A stretch of DNA of 64,000 nucleotides from Octopus sinensis (Eukaryota), in NCBI RefSeq assembly GCF_006345805.1, contig NW_021835961.1, positions 19,595 to 83,594 on the forward strand. The letters are read 5' to 3'. The notes below the pieces were generated by a model that ran no database searches, was not told the DNA's origin, and saw only the letters and a list, made by a program, of their open reading frames with translations. Shown in pieces: positions 24,743 to 37,454 of the stretch. The position numbers and the translations under genes were made by a program. The stretch's first letter is position 1. Every line of letters begins with the position of its first letter.

Positions 24743-25912
24743 AAAAAATAACCAATTTACAATTGTAATGATCACTACAATGATAACAACATAATTCATA
24801 AAAATTGTGTACATGCTCATTCCATTAGCTATAAAAAATCTAAAACAGATTATAGTGTACCTATAAATATAAATCACCCTGATAAATCTAATAAAATATA
24901 GTTTATTATTCCCTATGCTATACAAATTAAAACTAATATATTAAATCTATATTCAAAGCCATCCATAAACACTAACAGTGATAATAGATACAATGAAATA
25001 ATTAACCATAAAACTATTAATATTGGTTTTAGCCTAGCATCTAACTTATTTACTGTTATATCATGTCAACAATAAGAAATTAATAAATTCTACAATCATA
25101 GAAATGTTAATAATAATAAATAAGGCGGCGAGCTGGCAGAAATGTTAGCATGCCAGACAAAATGCTTAGTGGTATTTTGTCTGTCTTTATGTTCTGAGTT
25201 CAAATTTCGCCGAGGTCAACTTTGCCTTTCATCCTTTCAGGGTCTATAAATTAATTACCAGTTGCATACTGGGGTTGATCTCCCCAAAAATTTCGGTCCT
25301 TGTGCCTAGAGTAGAAAAGAATAATAATAATCCTAATAACACCCTTGAACTTAAAATACATGTTCCAAATTCTAATAACTCAAATAATTGCTTACATATA
25401 TATCCCAATAATAGAACCTTAACAACTAATACTAACACTACTAATATATATTCCTCATCTAATACAGCCACATATAACAACATTTATGAAAATTGTGATT
25501 GTAGAGTTAAAAATTGTAAAGTTTAAGAATTCATGTAAAGAAAAAGTGTTGTATATCAATGGACTGTTATAAGTAGGAAAAAATATATTTTATATTGGCT
25601 CAACAGAAAATACTATTAAGACTAGAGTGGCAAATCATTTTGAAACTTTTAAGAATAGAAAGAAAGCTAATTCCACTGGATTAAGTAAATTTACATGGGA
25701 ATTAAAAGATAATAATATTAAATTTGATATTAAATGAGACATCATTACTTCTGCACTGGCTTACAAAGTCAATAATTAAAAATGTTTTTCTTTGTATAAC
25801 TGAGGCTATTTTTTTTATTATTTCATCTAAGAATACCCTACTTAATCTAAGAAATGAGAAAAGTATTTCCTGTATTCATGCGGGAAAATATGTATTTTCC
25901 AAATTTAAATAA
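24743..25912 (+). mobile_element. Penelope-like retroelement remnant (linker plus GIY-YIG endonuclease)
   Basis: Degenerate translation NKI.FIIPYAIQIKTNI...NHKTINIGFS...CDCRVKNC..KSVVYQ..YIGSTENTIKTRVANH..F..STGLSKFTWELK...CFLCITE...LLNLRNE..SCIH; interrupted by a SINE at 25121-25322. Confidence 0.85.
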
Positions 25913-26149
25913 TTGTTTTATTATCTCTCTCACTGGAATACCTGTATGTTCACTTTGAATCCCTAGCGCCACAATATAAATTACCTCTCCCATAATCACT
26001 ACCTAATTAAACCACCTTTAATATTAATTTCTTCTTCTACTACATATCTATTACACCAGTGCAGCTTTATCCTTCGACAATGACAAGTCTCTAACTAAAT
26101 CATTTAACTCTCCTTGAGAAAATTTCTGTGGTACATCTTTTCAATCATG

Positions 26150-26870
26150 ATTTCACGATTAAAATCGTGAAATCTGCACCCACTTCAGTGTCTTCGACAG
26201 CAGTAATATTTTCTTCAGGAAATACATCTTTGTCAGACATCTGAAGGCCATTTCTGGTGGTATTGGAATAAAAAGATCATCATCGTTGTGTGGTACTGGT
26301 CTTCTTGCTGATCCAAGTTGGGATACACAATCTTATGCTTGGTCTTTACAATAAACCCACATACATTATTAACGTTGCAGAAATAACAGTCCATGAAATG
26401 ATCCTTTGGCTCTCCCCATATAAGTATTGCAAATGGCATTGCTCTCTTCCCCTAATTGAGTCAATCCCTTAGTCCATTTGAACAAGCTGAGCAGATGATG
26501 TGCGGGTCCCAACTCTTATCTTGATCCCCAGGAGAGCAGCCAAAGTATAACTGGTAGATCTTGCAATGGCACATTGCTGAGTTTTGGTGGTAAATGATTT
26601 CACTTGTAATGGCACGTTGCTGAGTTTTGGTGGTAAATGAACCACAGACATGACAAAATATATCAGGACTATTCTTGCAATGCCTTGACATAGAATTTAC
26701 CTGTATAAGATGTTTATGTGTAGCAATACTGCTGATGGGAGTTATATACCTCTCTTATTTCATCAGAAAAACTGTGCCTGATAGAAGGAAACTGATGACA
26801 TTTTTAAAACCTGCAGACAAAACTACATATAAAACACCATATAATATCCCTGATGAAAATTGGCTGTTGA
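26150..26870 (-). mobile_element. DNA transposase 5' remnant, probably Chapaev-3 (CMC) type
   Basis: MSRHCKNSPDIFCHVCG...YFGCSPGDQDKSW.PHIICSAC...MPFAI..WGEPKDH..DCYFC...HKIVYPNL...RPVPH Cys/His-rich N-terminal domain; frameshifts, including a ~42-bp internal tandem duplication at ~26562-26640. Superfamily is from recall. Confidence 0.7.
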
Positions 26871-27619
26871 CCTTTGTAATTAATCATAGTCATGGCCGAT
26901 GCCAGTGCCATCTGACTGGCACATAAAAAGAACTGTTTGAGCGTTGGACCTCATGGAGGCAGTGACAGGTAACTGAGACCTTTGGCGATATACCATGCTT
27001 GTATAGACCTGTGAAGCAAAGTGAGATCATAGTCGTGGCTGGTGTCATGTCAGTGGCACATAAAAAGCATCCACTATACTCTTGGAGTGGTTGGCGTTAG
27101 GAAGGGCATCCAACTGTAGAAATCTTGCCAAATCAGATTGGAACCTGGTGCAGCTCTCTGGCTTACCAGTTTTCAGTCGAACTGTCCAACTCATGCCAGT
27201 AGGGAAAGCGGACGTTAAATGATGATGAACTGAGTAGTCTGGCAAAAGTGACCGAAAGAATAAATACCAAACTGGAAAAAATATAACTACTGGGTTTGTT
27301 TTTTCAACTAAAACTTTTAAGGTGGTGCCCCAGCATGGTTGCAGCCAGTGAGTGAAGCAAGTAATGGGTAAAATATGGATATATGTTAAACAGGTATAAA
27401 TGACTGTATCAGATTGAATCAGAACAACATAGGTAAGAAATGTGTGTGTAATGATAGCGATATACTCACCATTATGGATATCCAGAAGAAAGAGGCATGA
27501 AAATGTTCATAAGAAGTTGTTGAATGACAAAAATTGTTACAGTAGAGAGGGACTATTCTAGGTAAAGTCAACACAAAGAGCAGCTATTAAAACTGACGAC
27601 CTTATTGTTGAAATGAACA

Positions 27620-27849
27620 TTAACCTTTTTGTTACCAACCCAGCTGAAAACAGATCTGGATCTGAGTACAAATGTCTTATTTTCATAAGTTTTGAAAATT
27701 AAAATCTTCCACCAAACCTGAGTCACAATTTATGTTCCTAACACTAGCTTAATGATAACTAAGTTATTTTGCTAAATTCTTTGTTATATTTAAATTAATT
27801 GAAAGATATACAGAGCACCTTAACAGAAATACAGTAATGAAAGTGTTAA
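27620..27849. mobile_element. TTAA-flanked MITE (piggyBac-like), family J
   Basis: TTAACCTTTTTGTTAC...GTAATGAAAGTGTTAA; related copies at ~12055-12260, ~15170-15327 and a 5' stub at 2577-2625. Confidence 0.6.
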
Positions 27850-30800
27850 ACCTTTTACAGTTAAACTAGCCATATCCATCCCAAATATTTGACCTGTTTT
27901 ATGTTCAAACTGGCCAGATCTGACCTTTGACTCCTACCCTATAAAATGCTCATTGAAATTGAGTAGCATCCTGTTTGCCGGGTGGCTGGGTAATTCAGTC
28001 ATTTATATGCCATGGAAAGTAGGTTAAGCTCTGGCCTTATGAATCCTGGGGCTCATAACACAACTATCCCTGCCAAAATGCACATTGAAATCGCACAACT
28101 ACGAGATAATGTATGATCAATTCAAAGCAGTGTGAATAAATAAACATTACATTTGACAGAATAATCTGATTGCTAAAGGGTTAAGAATATGCAGGCAGGG
28201 CAAACAGCTGAACCATCAAGGATAGTTGCTTGGGATAAGTGTGTCATAAGATCCAGGATTCATAAGGCCAGAGCTTAACCCACTTTCCATGGCATGCAAA
28301 TGACTGAAATTACAACCCATCTTTCATCTCCCAAACAGGATGCTGGTCAATTATAAAATTGATTATGATTTTTTTAATACAATCAGAAGGTCATAAATTT
28401 GAGGAGAAAGTGCATAATTAGATCAATTTCATCCTCCTTTCATTATTCTATTGGTTCTGCTTTTGATTAATCTCCAAAGGATAAAAATGCAAAGTTGGTC
28501 CTGGTGGAATTTAAACTTTTAACATTAAAGATACACATCTAAGCACTGCAAAGCATTTTATCTGTTATTTTACTGATTCTGCCAATTCAATCCTTAATAG
28601 CAATAGTAGTAATGATGATGATGGTGGTGATGGTGATGGTGGTGGTGATGATAACTGTTGGGACCACATTTTATGAATTTTCTTATTTATATTTGAATGT
28701 ACAAATTTATACATCCTCTTAACATCATTTCATTATTACATTAAAGATTTTTTAGACATAACTGAAGTTGTTTAAAGTGTATCACCCAAATGCACAAGTT
28801 CCATTAAAGCAGGTTAATATTACAGATATTAATAAGGTGGCAAGCTGGCAAAATTGCTATTGTATCAGGTTGAATGCCTAGCAGCGTTTTGTCCATTATT
28901 ATGTTCTGAGTTCAAATTCGCCAAGGTCTGACTTGCCTTTCATCCTTCAGGGATGATAAAATAAGTACCAGCTGCATACTAGGGTCAATGTAATCAACTT
29001 ATTCCATCACCTGAACTTGCTGGCCTTGTGCCAGAATTTGAAATCGACGCTACAGATGTTAAACGCAGCATGCAGCAGAACCGTTACTGTGCTGGGGAAA
29101 ATGCTTAGTGGCATTTTGTCCATCATTACGTTTTGAGTTCAAGTTCTGCTGAGGTCGACTTCGCCTCTTATTCTTTCAAGGTCAATGAAATAAGTACCAG
29201 TTGTTCACTAGGGTTGATGTAATTGACTGCCTTCATTCCCCCGCAAACATTTTCCGGCTTTGTGGCCCTATAGTAGAAAGGAATCTTATAGATGTTAAGA
29301 ATCATGGTGCGATAGACAGTAGAATGCCTTACTAAGCACTTGTGAGGTTAGTATTGAGGCTTAAGTTCCAACATGTATCAGTTGATTTTGCCCTAAGGAT
29401 CAAAAAATAAGTACCACTCAAATACTGTGGGTGATTGATTAGCTATACTTATCCTACCAAATTTTTTGGCAGCCTCATATCAATGCTAGAAACCATTATT
29501 AAAACATAGATTTCTTAGTTCAGTTTGAGTTAAAAATCTCACCTTGCTGACAGTTTTGTGTTTTGATGTGATTTGTCATTGTGTTTAACCCTTGGCAGGC
29601 CTGATGAAGTAATCTTGATCAAAATTTTTCTCTTTTTATTTGAGTATACGTATTTTGGACTACGTTATCCAATGTATCTGTTTTATATGTAGTCAGATGT
29701 GAGTTGAGGGTGATTGGTTGCTAATTCTAGCGAGTTGAACAATCTCATAGTAGCTACTTCATTAGCTCATGAGTTGACGTTTTTCTTAACAGACAGGATG
29801 TCTTAATATCAGAGAAGCTGAGTTAATCTCCAGCATACTCTGCTTGTTATACAGGACAGCATTCCTAATTAGATGCTGAACACAGCCATCAATGATGCCA
29901 AAAGAATTTGCCTAACTTGCTTCAGTCAACAAACTTCAAAATTCCAACCTCCCCATATCCCATCACTGCTCCAAATAGTTCTCACTATGTCAGTTTATGT
30001 GTTGATTAAACCATTGACTCACAAGAGATGAATAAATGATGTAAATGCGAATAGCTTTGACAGAGTAAACATTAAAAAACATATTAACTTTATGTTAAAC
30101 AGACCTTGAGCTTTCAGCTACTGTGAAGTTGTTATTCAGTAAAAGTAGTATGCTACAAAAGATTAGAGTGGGCTACATATGACACCTAACTGCTTGAGTA
30201 AGGGGAGATGTTGATTTTAACAGTGCTGATATGGAAGAATGACTATGCAGGGAATTATTATATTCCTCAACTCTTAATGGATCATTCAAGCTTCCTAAAG
30301 ACTTGTCTTTATGTGTATTGTCTTGTGAGGAAGTTAGGCTGCCAAAGTACATTCTTCTCTACGTTATTGACATGGGTTGGAAAATGCTTGTTTGAGTAGT
30401 GGTATGTGAGATTAACCTTTTGCTAGTAACTGTCAGAAGCTGCTTTAGTTCATCATCATCATCATTTAATGTCTTTTTCCATGCTGGTATGGAACTGCAG
30501 GGTTGACAGGAGCGGTCAGCTAGAGAGCTGCCCTGGCTCTCTCAGTTCTTTGGCATGGTTTACAGCTGGATGCCCTTCCTAATGCCAACCATTTTACACA
30601 GCTCTCGGCAAAGGTGCATTATGTGACACTGGCATGAGTGCTTTTTATGTGGCACCACGCACCCCTGGGCTTAATACATAAGGAATGCTCAGCTGCTGTG
30701 ATATAAAAAACCACATTTTTTGTTGTTTTTTTGTTTGAGTATTCATATTTAAAATCTATCTTAATTTTATGTGAAACACTTTAAATAAATTGTTTCAAAC

Positions 30801-31976
30801 TACACCTTGATTAAAGAGAGGTCAGACACCTTACTAAATTCCTCCAAATTCTTGATTATTTTAAAGTTTTATTGAAATACATAGGCGCATTATTTCTTGA
30901 GAAATATGGTCAGAAAAGATTTTAAATAGATCGAACTTGTATCATAGATTTATATCATTTGGTTATCCCGAGCTTTCCACTTCTCTACAACTGTCTGTTT
31001 TGTAACTTATCAGTCATATGTTAAACACAAAAGACAGGGCTTCTTCTGTAAGTTCAGTGATCCTATGTCTAGTTATGTAAAAATGTATGTACGTACGTGT
31101 GTGGTGTGTGTGTGGGAGAGAGAGAGGAACTGCATTTATCATCTATCTTTTACTTGTTTCAGTCATTTAGCTGTAGCCATGCTGGGGCACTGCCTTGAAG
31201 AATTCAGTCAAACAAATCTCCTCTAAAGTTGACATAACACCAACACTGGTTATTCAAGTGATAGAGTTAGCAAATCAAAGACACACGATATATTACATAT
31301 ATATGGCAGGTTTCCATACAGTTTCTCTCTACTCTAAACCAATCCACTCACAATGCATTGATTGGCTTGGGGCTATAGTGGAACACACTTGCCATTCTGT
31401 GAGAACTGAACTTGAAACTGGGTAATTGCAAAGCAAGCTTCTTAATTTCACAGTCTTGCATGCACCTATTCACCTAATCCATAGAAATTCATAGAAAAGT
31501 TTGATAAGACCAATTGCCGTAAGGTATGGTAATTGACTTCATTAAACTTCTTTTAAGCAATAATTTAACATGAAAAATTGGCTTCTTTGTGCACATACTA
31601 ATCCTTTCTACTAAAGGCACAAAGCCTGAAATTTTTGGGGAGGGGACTAATTGATTACATCGACCCCAGTGCTTCACTGGTACGTAATTTATTGACACTG
31701 AAAGGATGAAAAGCAGAGCCGACCTCGGTGTATTTGAACTCAGAACGTAAGGCAGATGAAATACTGCAAAGCATTTTGCCTGGTGCGTTAACGATTCTGC
31801 CAATTCACCACCTTAATAATAATAATAATAATAATATAATAATCCTCATATGAGCATAATAATAATATATAACTAGAATAAAATGGGAAGACATAAATTG
31901 TTACTCTTTTCTGCTATTAGTGGAAAAATTCTGTTTGATACTCTCTAAGTTGTTTGATGTATATATAAACAGTTTA

Positions 31977-32378
31977 GGTACAGGAGTGGCTGTGTGGTAA
32001 GTAGCTTGCTTACCAACCACATGGTTCCGGGTTCAATCCCACTGCATGGTACCTTGGGCAAGTGTTTTCTACTATAGCCTTGGGCTGACCAACGCATTGT
32101 GAGTACGTTTGGTAGAAGAAACTGAAAGAAGCCTGTCGTATATATATATGTATGTATGTGTGTGTATGTGTTTGTGTGTCTGTGTTTGTCCCCCCCAACA
32201 TTGCTTGACAACTGATGCTGGTGTGTTTACATCCCCATAACTTAGCAGTTTGGCAAAAGAGACTGATAGAATAAGTACTACTAGCTTACAAAGAATAAGT
32301 CCTGGGGTCGATTTGCTCAACTAAAAGCAGTGCTCCAGCATAGCCACAGTCAAATGACTGAAACAAGTAAAAGAGTTT
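31977..32378 (+). mobile_element. SINE family A
   Basis: Full copy. Confidence 0.85.
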
Positions 32379-32958
32379 ATATAATTCAGAAAAAGGTTGT
32401 ATTTGTTCTTATTGCTAAAAATATAAATAGTACAAACTAAAAAGGTCACCTGTTGCATGACAGGTCTTTTGCACATTCTTTTGTGTGGTCTTATTTTTCT
32501 TAATATCATCCTTGTATTATGTAATGGACAAGAACTACATAAAAAAATATATTTTCATTTGTCTTACAATGAAATGGTGTATGCAATTGAAGCAGTGTTA
32601 AATTAAAATAGATATATGTATCATACTAGTATGTCTATTAGAGATTTAATCTCAGACAAAAAATAACACAGTAATTTGCCTATCAACATTGCATGTATAT
32701 TATGTATGACAAATAGGTGTCTATTCTGATTTAATACTGCTTCAATTGCTTACAGTGGATTGTTTATTCAACTTGGCAGCTATTCACAATACCAGTGAAT
32801 GTATTATTCACTGTTTACTACATCAGAGGCAACAAATCTTATTTAGGTATGTGGCTGATCGCAAGTACATATCATTGATGAGGCCCAGAAAGCCAAAATG
32901 CCTCTGGTGCTCTCACTAGCTGTTGCCAGGATGATTTTTTTTTTGCTGTTTTATCTCC

Positions 32959-32994
<36 letters not shown>

Positions 32995-32996
<2 letters not shown>

Positions 32997-33305
32997 AGCA
33001 CTCCGTCAGTTACGGCAACGAGGGTCCCAACTGATACGATCAAAGGAACAGCTTGCTCGTGAAATAACGTGCATGTGGCTGAGTACTGCACAGGCACATA
33101 TACCCTTAACGTAGTTCTCAAGTGAGATTTAGCGTGACAAGGTTGGCCCTTTGAAATACAGGTATGTCTCATTTTGCCAGCTGAGTGAACTGGAGCAATG
33201 TGAAATAAAGTGTCTTGCTGAAGGACACAATGCATAGCTGGGAATTGAACTTGTGACCTTACAATCATGAGCCAAATGCCCTACCCACTAAGCCATGCAC
33301 CTTCA
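32995..33305 (-). mobile_element. SINE with family-B head/core and a different 3' module (family C)
   Basis: Head and core as in B; 3' module shared with 40060-40251. Confidence 0.75.
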
Positions 33306-33352
33306 TATATATATATTATATATATAGATATATATATATATATATATATATT

Positions 33353-33392
<40 letters not shown>

Positions 33393-33802
33393 ATTATTAT
33401 TATTTGAGGAATAAAATCCAAACTTACAAGGAAAAAGAATTCAATTTAGAAATACTAATCAAATTCCACACAATATAATATGTATAAATATTAGAAAAAA
33501 ACCCACCTTTTATCAATTCAATATGAATAATTAACTTACACCATCTAGAAAATTACATATAATAAAAAGTTAAAATTAAATAACAATTAAAAAGTAAAGA
33601 TTAAGTAAATTACAAGAATAATATAATGTATATAATAGGTAGTTTTTCTACCTATTATATACATTATATTATTCTTGTAATTTACTTAATCTTTACTTTT
33701 TAATTGTTATTTTAATTTAAACTTTTTTATTATATGTAATTTTCTAGATGGTGTAAGTTAATTATTCATATTGAATTGATAAAAGGTGTTTTTTTTTTCT
33801 AA

Positions 33803-33837
<35 letters not shown>

Positions 33838-34130
33838 AGCAAATAATTCAGGAGAAAATGTTTGCAAAGGTATTATTGACTCTGTTATTATTTAGTGTAA
33901 CAATTAAAAAAAATGATAATAACAGAATCCAATAATAACTGGCAATTGCAGGCCCAAAAGTATTAAATAGCTTGATTTCTATAGTTATCATCTTTTTTTT
34001 TTCGGTGATTTAAATAAGAGTTTTGACTGTTATTTCCAGCAGGTAAGCATACCTAGTATGTCATTCGATTAATTTTAATCCTTCAGCTATTTACATATAT
34101 CTATATCTGTCTGTCTCTCTCTCTCTCTCT

Positions 34131-34760
<630 letters not shown>

Positions 34761-35261
34761 TTCAACAATTGAGGGCAAAATTAATTAATTATTAATCAAT
34801 TTCACCAAGTGTTCAGTATGCAAAGGACATTCAAGGCGAATTCAAATATTACATTATATAAAAGGCTTAGTAAAATAAATTACTTTGCCGCATACTGAAC
34901 TCATTAGAAATAGCAGCTAAAAACTTTTTTAAGGCTATTTCTAAAGAATTGTCATTACCCCAAACTTTTGTGAGTTAAATTATGCAAACACTATATATGA
35001 GAGAGATTTCTTTAAGTATTAGAATAGCCTTAAAAAGTTTTTTAGCTGCTATTTCTATGAGTTCAGTATGCGGCAAAGTATTTATTTTACTAAGCCCTTT
35101 TATATATATATATATATATATATTGTGTTTTTTAAACTTAGCACATCCATAAGAGATTTTATCTTGGTCAAAACACAGAGTAACTTGCCTGTCAGTTATG
35201 TAAATACATTGAGTATGATAGGTAGCTACTCTTATACAATATTCTAATTCAGTATGTACCT

Positions 35262-35830
35262 CTACAACATTTCTATATACACGATACTTTTGGTAAAAAA
35301 ATCCATTTTCATTTTTGTTTTTGCCATAATGCTAAATCCATCTGAATTTTGTACTCTGGGTATAGCTACATGGAGTTGATTATGAGAAAAACATTCATTG
35401 TTCTTTAGGTAGATGCCAACTTTTGAAGATGTTTGGCCTTGAGATTTGTGTAATGTTAGACCAAAAGATGATTTGAGAACAAACTGATGCCTTTGCATTT
35501 GGAATAGCAGTACATGATCACCTGATGGCATATGTATTCTTGAGATAAATAGATCTTTCCCTTCAAGAGTTCAGAAGCAATAACAGGGTAAATAGCTGTG
35601 CTGCTGAGACTTTTAATAATAGAGCGTGTCTCACTGCAATGGCCATTTACTGCAGCAAAATAAAGTGGTTGCACCTTCTTTGAGATGTAATCTGTGTTGA
35701 GTCTTGTGACTGAAATGAACTGTGTTTAAAAACCCAGTTGAGTGAAGATATACTTCATTGTTATTAAAGACTATATCAATGCTTAAACATTTGATTTGGC
35801 TTATAATTTCATTAATTTCAGTAATGCCAT
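35262..35830 (-). mobile_element. Helitron RepHel Pif1-like helicase C-terminal remnant
   Basis: Three overlapping frames: SIDIV...GFLN...HRLHLKEG; NGHCSETRSII; RHQFVLKSSFGLTLHKSQGQT..KVGIYL...FSHNQLHVAIPRV...TKSIVYIEML*, matching Pif1 motifs V/VI with frameshifts. Confidence 0.88.
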
Positions 35831-37242
35831 TGTTAGTTACACACACACACACACACACACACACATACTCTCTCTCTCTCTCACACACACACACACATGC
35901 ATGCACGCATACACATGAACAGAGAGAGGGAGAGGGAGAGAGAAAGCAAGTTTGCTGGACCAAGCCATATGTTCCTGGAGGTCTTCAAAAATGTAATTGC
36001 AAAAGATTTTGTGTAAAAAAAAACAAAATTAACTGGAATTTTCATCTTCAATAGACCTTGTCAATGTGACTCTTTGCATTTACCATTTCGAAGCAGAAGT
36101 ACCACTAAGTGGTCTCCATTGTCTCCGGCTGCCATGTGAATATGCAGCTTTCTGGGTGGTTACATGATTTGTTGTTTTTCCCTCAGGAAAAAATTCATGA
36201 AACAATTATTAATTACCCGTGCACAGCCTTGCCAATATGACTCTTTCCCTTTATTAATTTACAAGTAGAATTTCTTACATGGCATTTCAATCATTATATA
36301 ATCCATTCTTTTGGCAATGTATTTTTAAAGGTAGTTCTCTGGCTTCGTCACAATCCTATTATGTCATTGATATTTGTTTCATACATGTTAGCATCTTTCA
36401 GTCAGATAGGAATTTTTAATCATAACAATTTGGTTTTAAAACTGTTTCCGAAATCCTTTCTTTCATTTGCTATGTTCTTTTATTGAATGTGAACAGACCA
36501 TTGAAATTGATATATCCACAGGGCTCTTTACTCATGTTATTTTTTAACTGTATGGAACAGCAATGGTTTCTTTTTCTTGTCTGGAATCTCTGTGCAAACA
36601 AATGGATCAATATCAGCTTGCTCAGTAAGGACCAATACAGTGTCTGTAGTAGGGGTCAACATTTGGCACCAAATCACAGTGGTGCCTCATTATAGTGACT
36701 TTATCAGTCACAGTGCTAAAGTTTTTTTCATCTTTTACTTGTTTCATTCGTTAGACTGTGGCCATGCTGGGGCACCACCTTGATGGGTATCAAATAATGT
36801 ATCAAATAAATCAACGCCAGGACATTTGTTTTTGTTTTTAGTCTGGTACTTATACAAACTGCTAAGTTACAGTGATGTAAACAAACCAACACTGGTTGTC
36901 AAATGGTGGGCAAGAACAAACACACAGTCATGCTCGCACGTGCATACATACACACACAGAGGCTGTCCTACAATTTCCGTCTACCAAACTCACAAGGCAT
37001 TGGTTGGCCCAGGGCTATAGAAGACATTTGTCCAAGGTGCTGCATAATGAGACTGAATCTGAGCTACACAATCATGCTTGCATCTTTGTTATGAAAAATA
37101 TTAAAAAAATAAAAGTTTTGTATCCTTGTGCCTAATCAAGAGATACCCATGTTTTCAATTATAATGAGATCTTTTTTTAATTGTGATAAGTAACCCCTGT
37201 TGCAACTCATGTGTACATTAATTCTCTTCATATTTTTGCCAG

Positions 37243-37454
37243 GAATCTAGATACACAGCCTTATTGTGCAGGAAATGATGTTTCTGCTGATGAATCATAC
37301 ATCATCATGGATCTACCTCCACATTCTCCTTTCACCTTAGATACACCATACTCTGAAAGGTCGCCACCTCTCAATGAAGAGAAATTCCTCACCATGTTTG
37401 ACAGTGATGGGCGTCTTGTGCAAGAACGGCAGCTGAGGAAGGCAGTTTTTCTTG
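37243..37454 (+). CDS. TBC gene exon (NLDTQ...RKAVFL-G)
   Basis: tttttgccag acceptor, G|gttagt donor; encodes FDSDGRLV...LRKAVF, the region preceding the TBC domain. Confidence 0.9.

Noticed and set aside
27471-27559. Minus-strand mini-exon with AG/GTGAGT ends
   Set aside because: Short, one open frame by chance, no partner exons or homology.
30225-30402. Exon-like segment with ttttaacag acceptor and GTATGT donor
   Set aside because: All three frames contain stops; at most a non-coding exon, unsupported.
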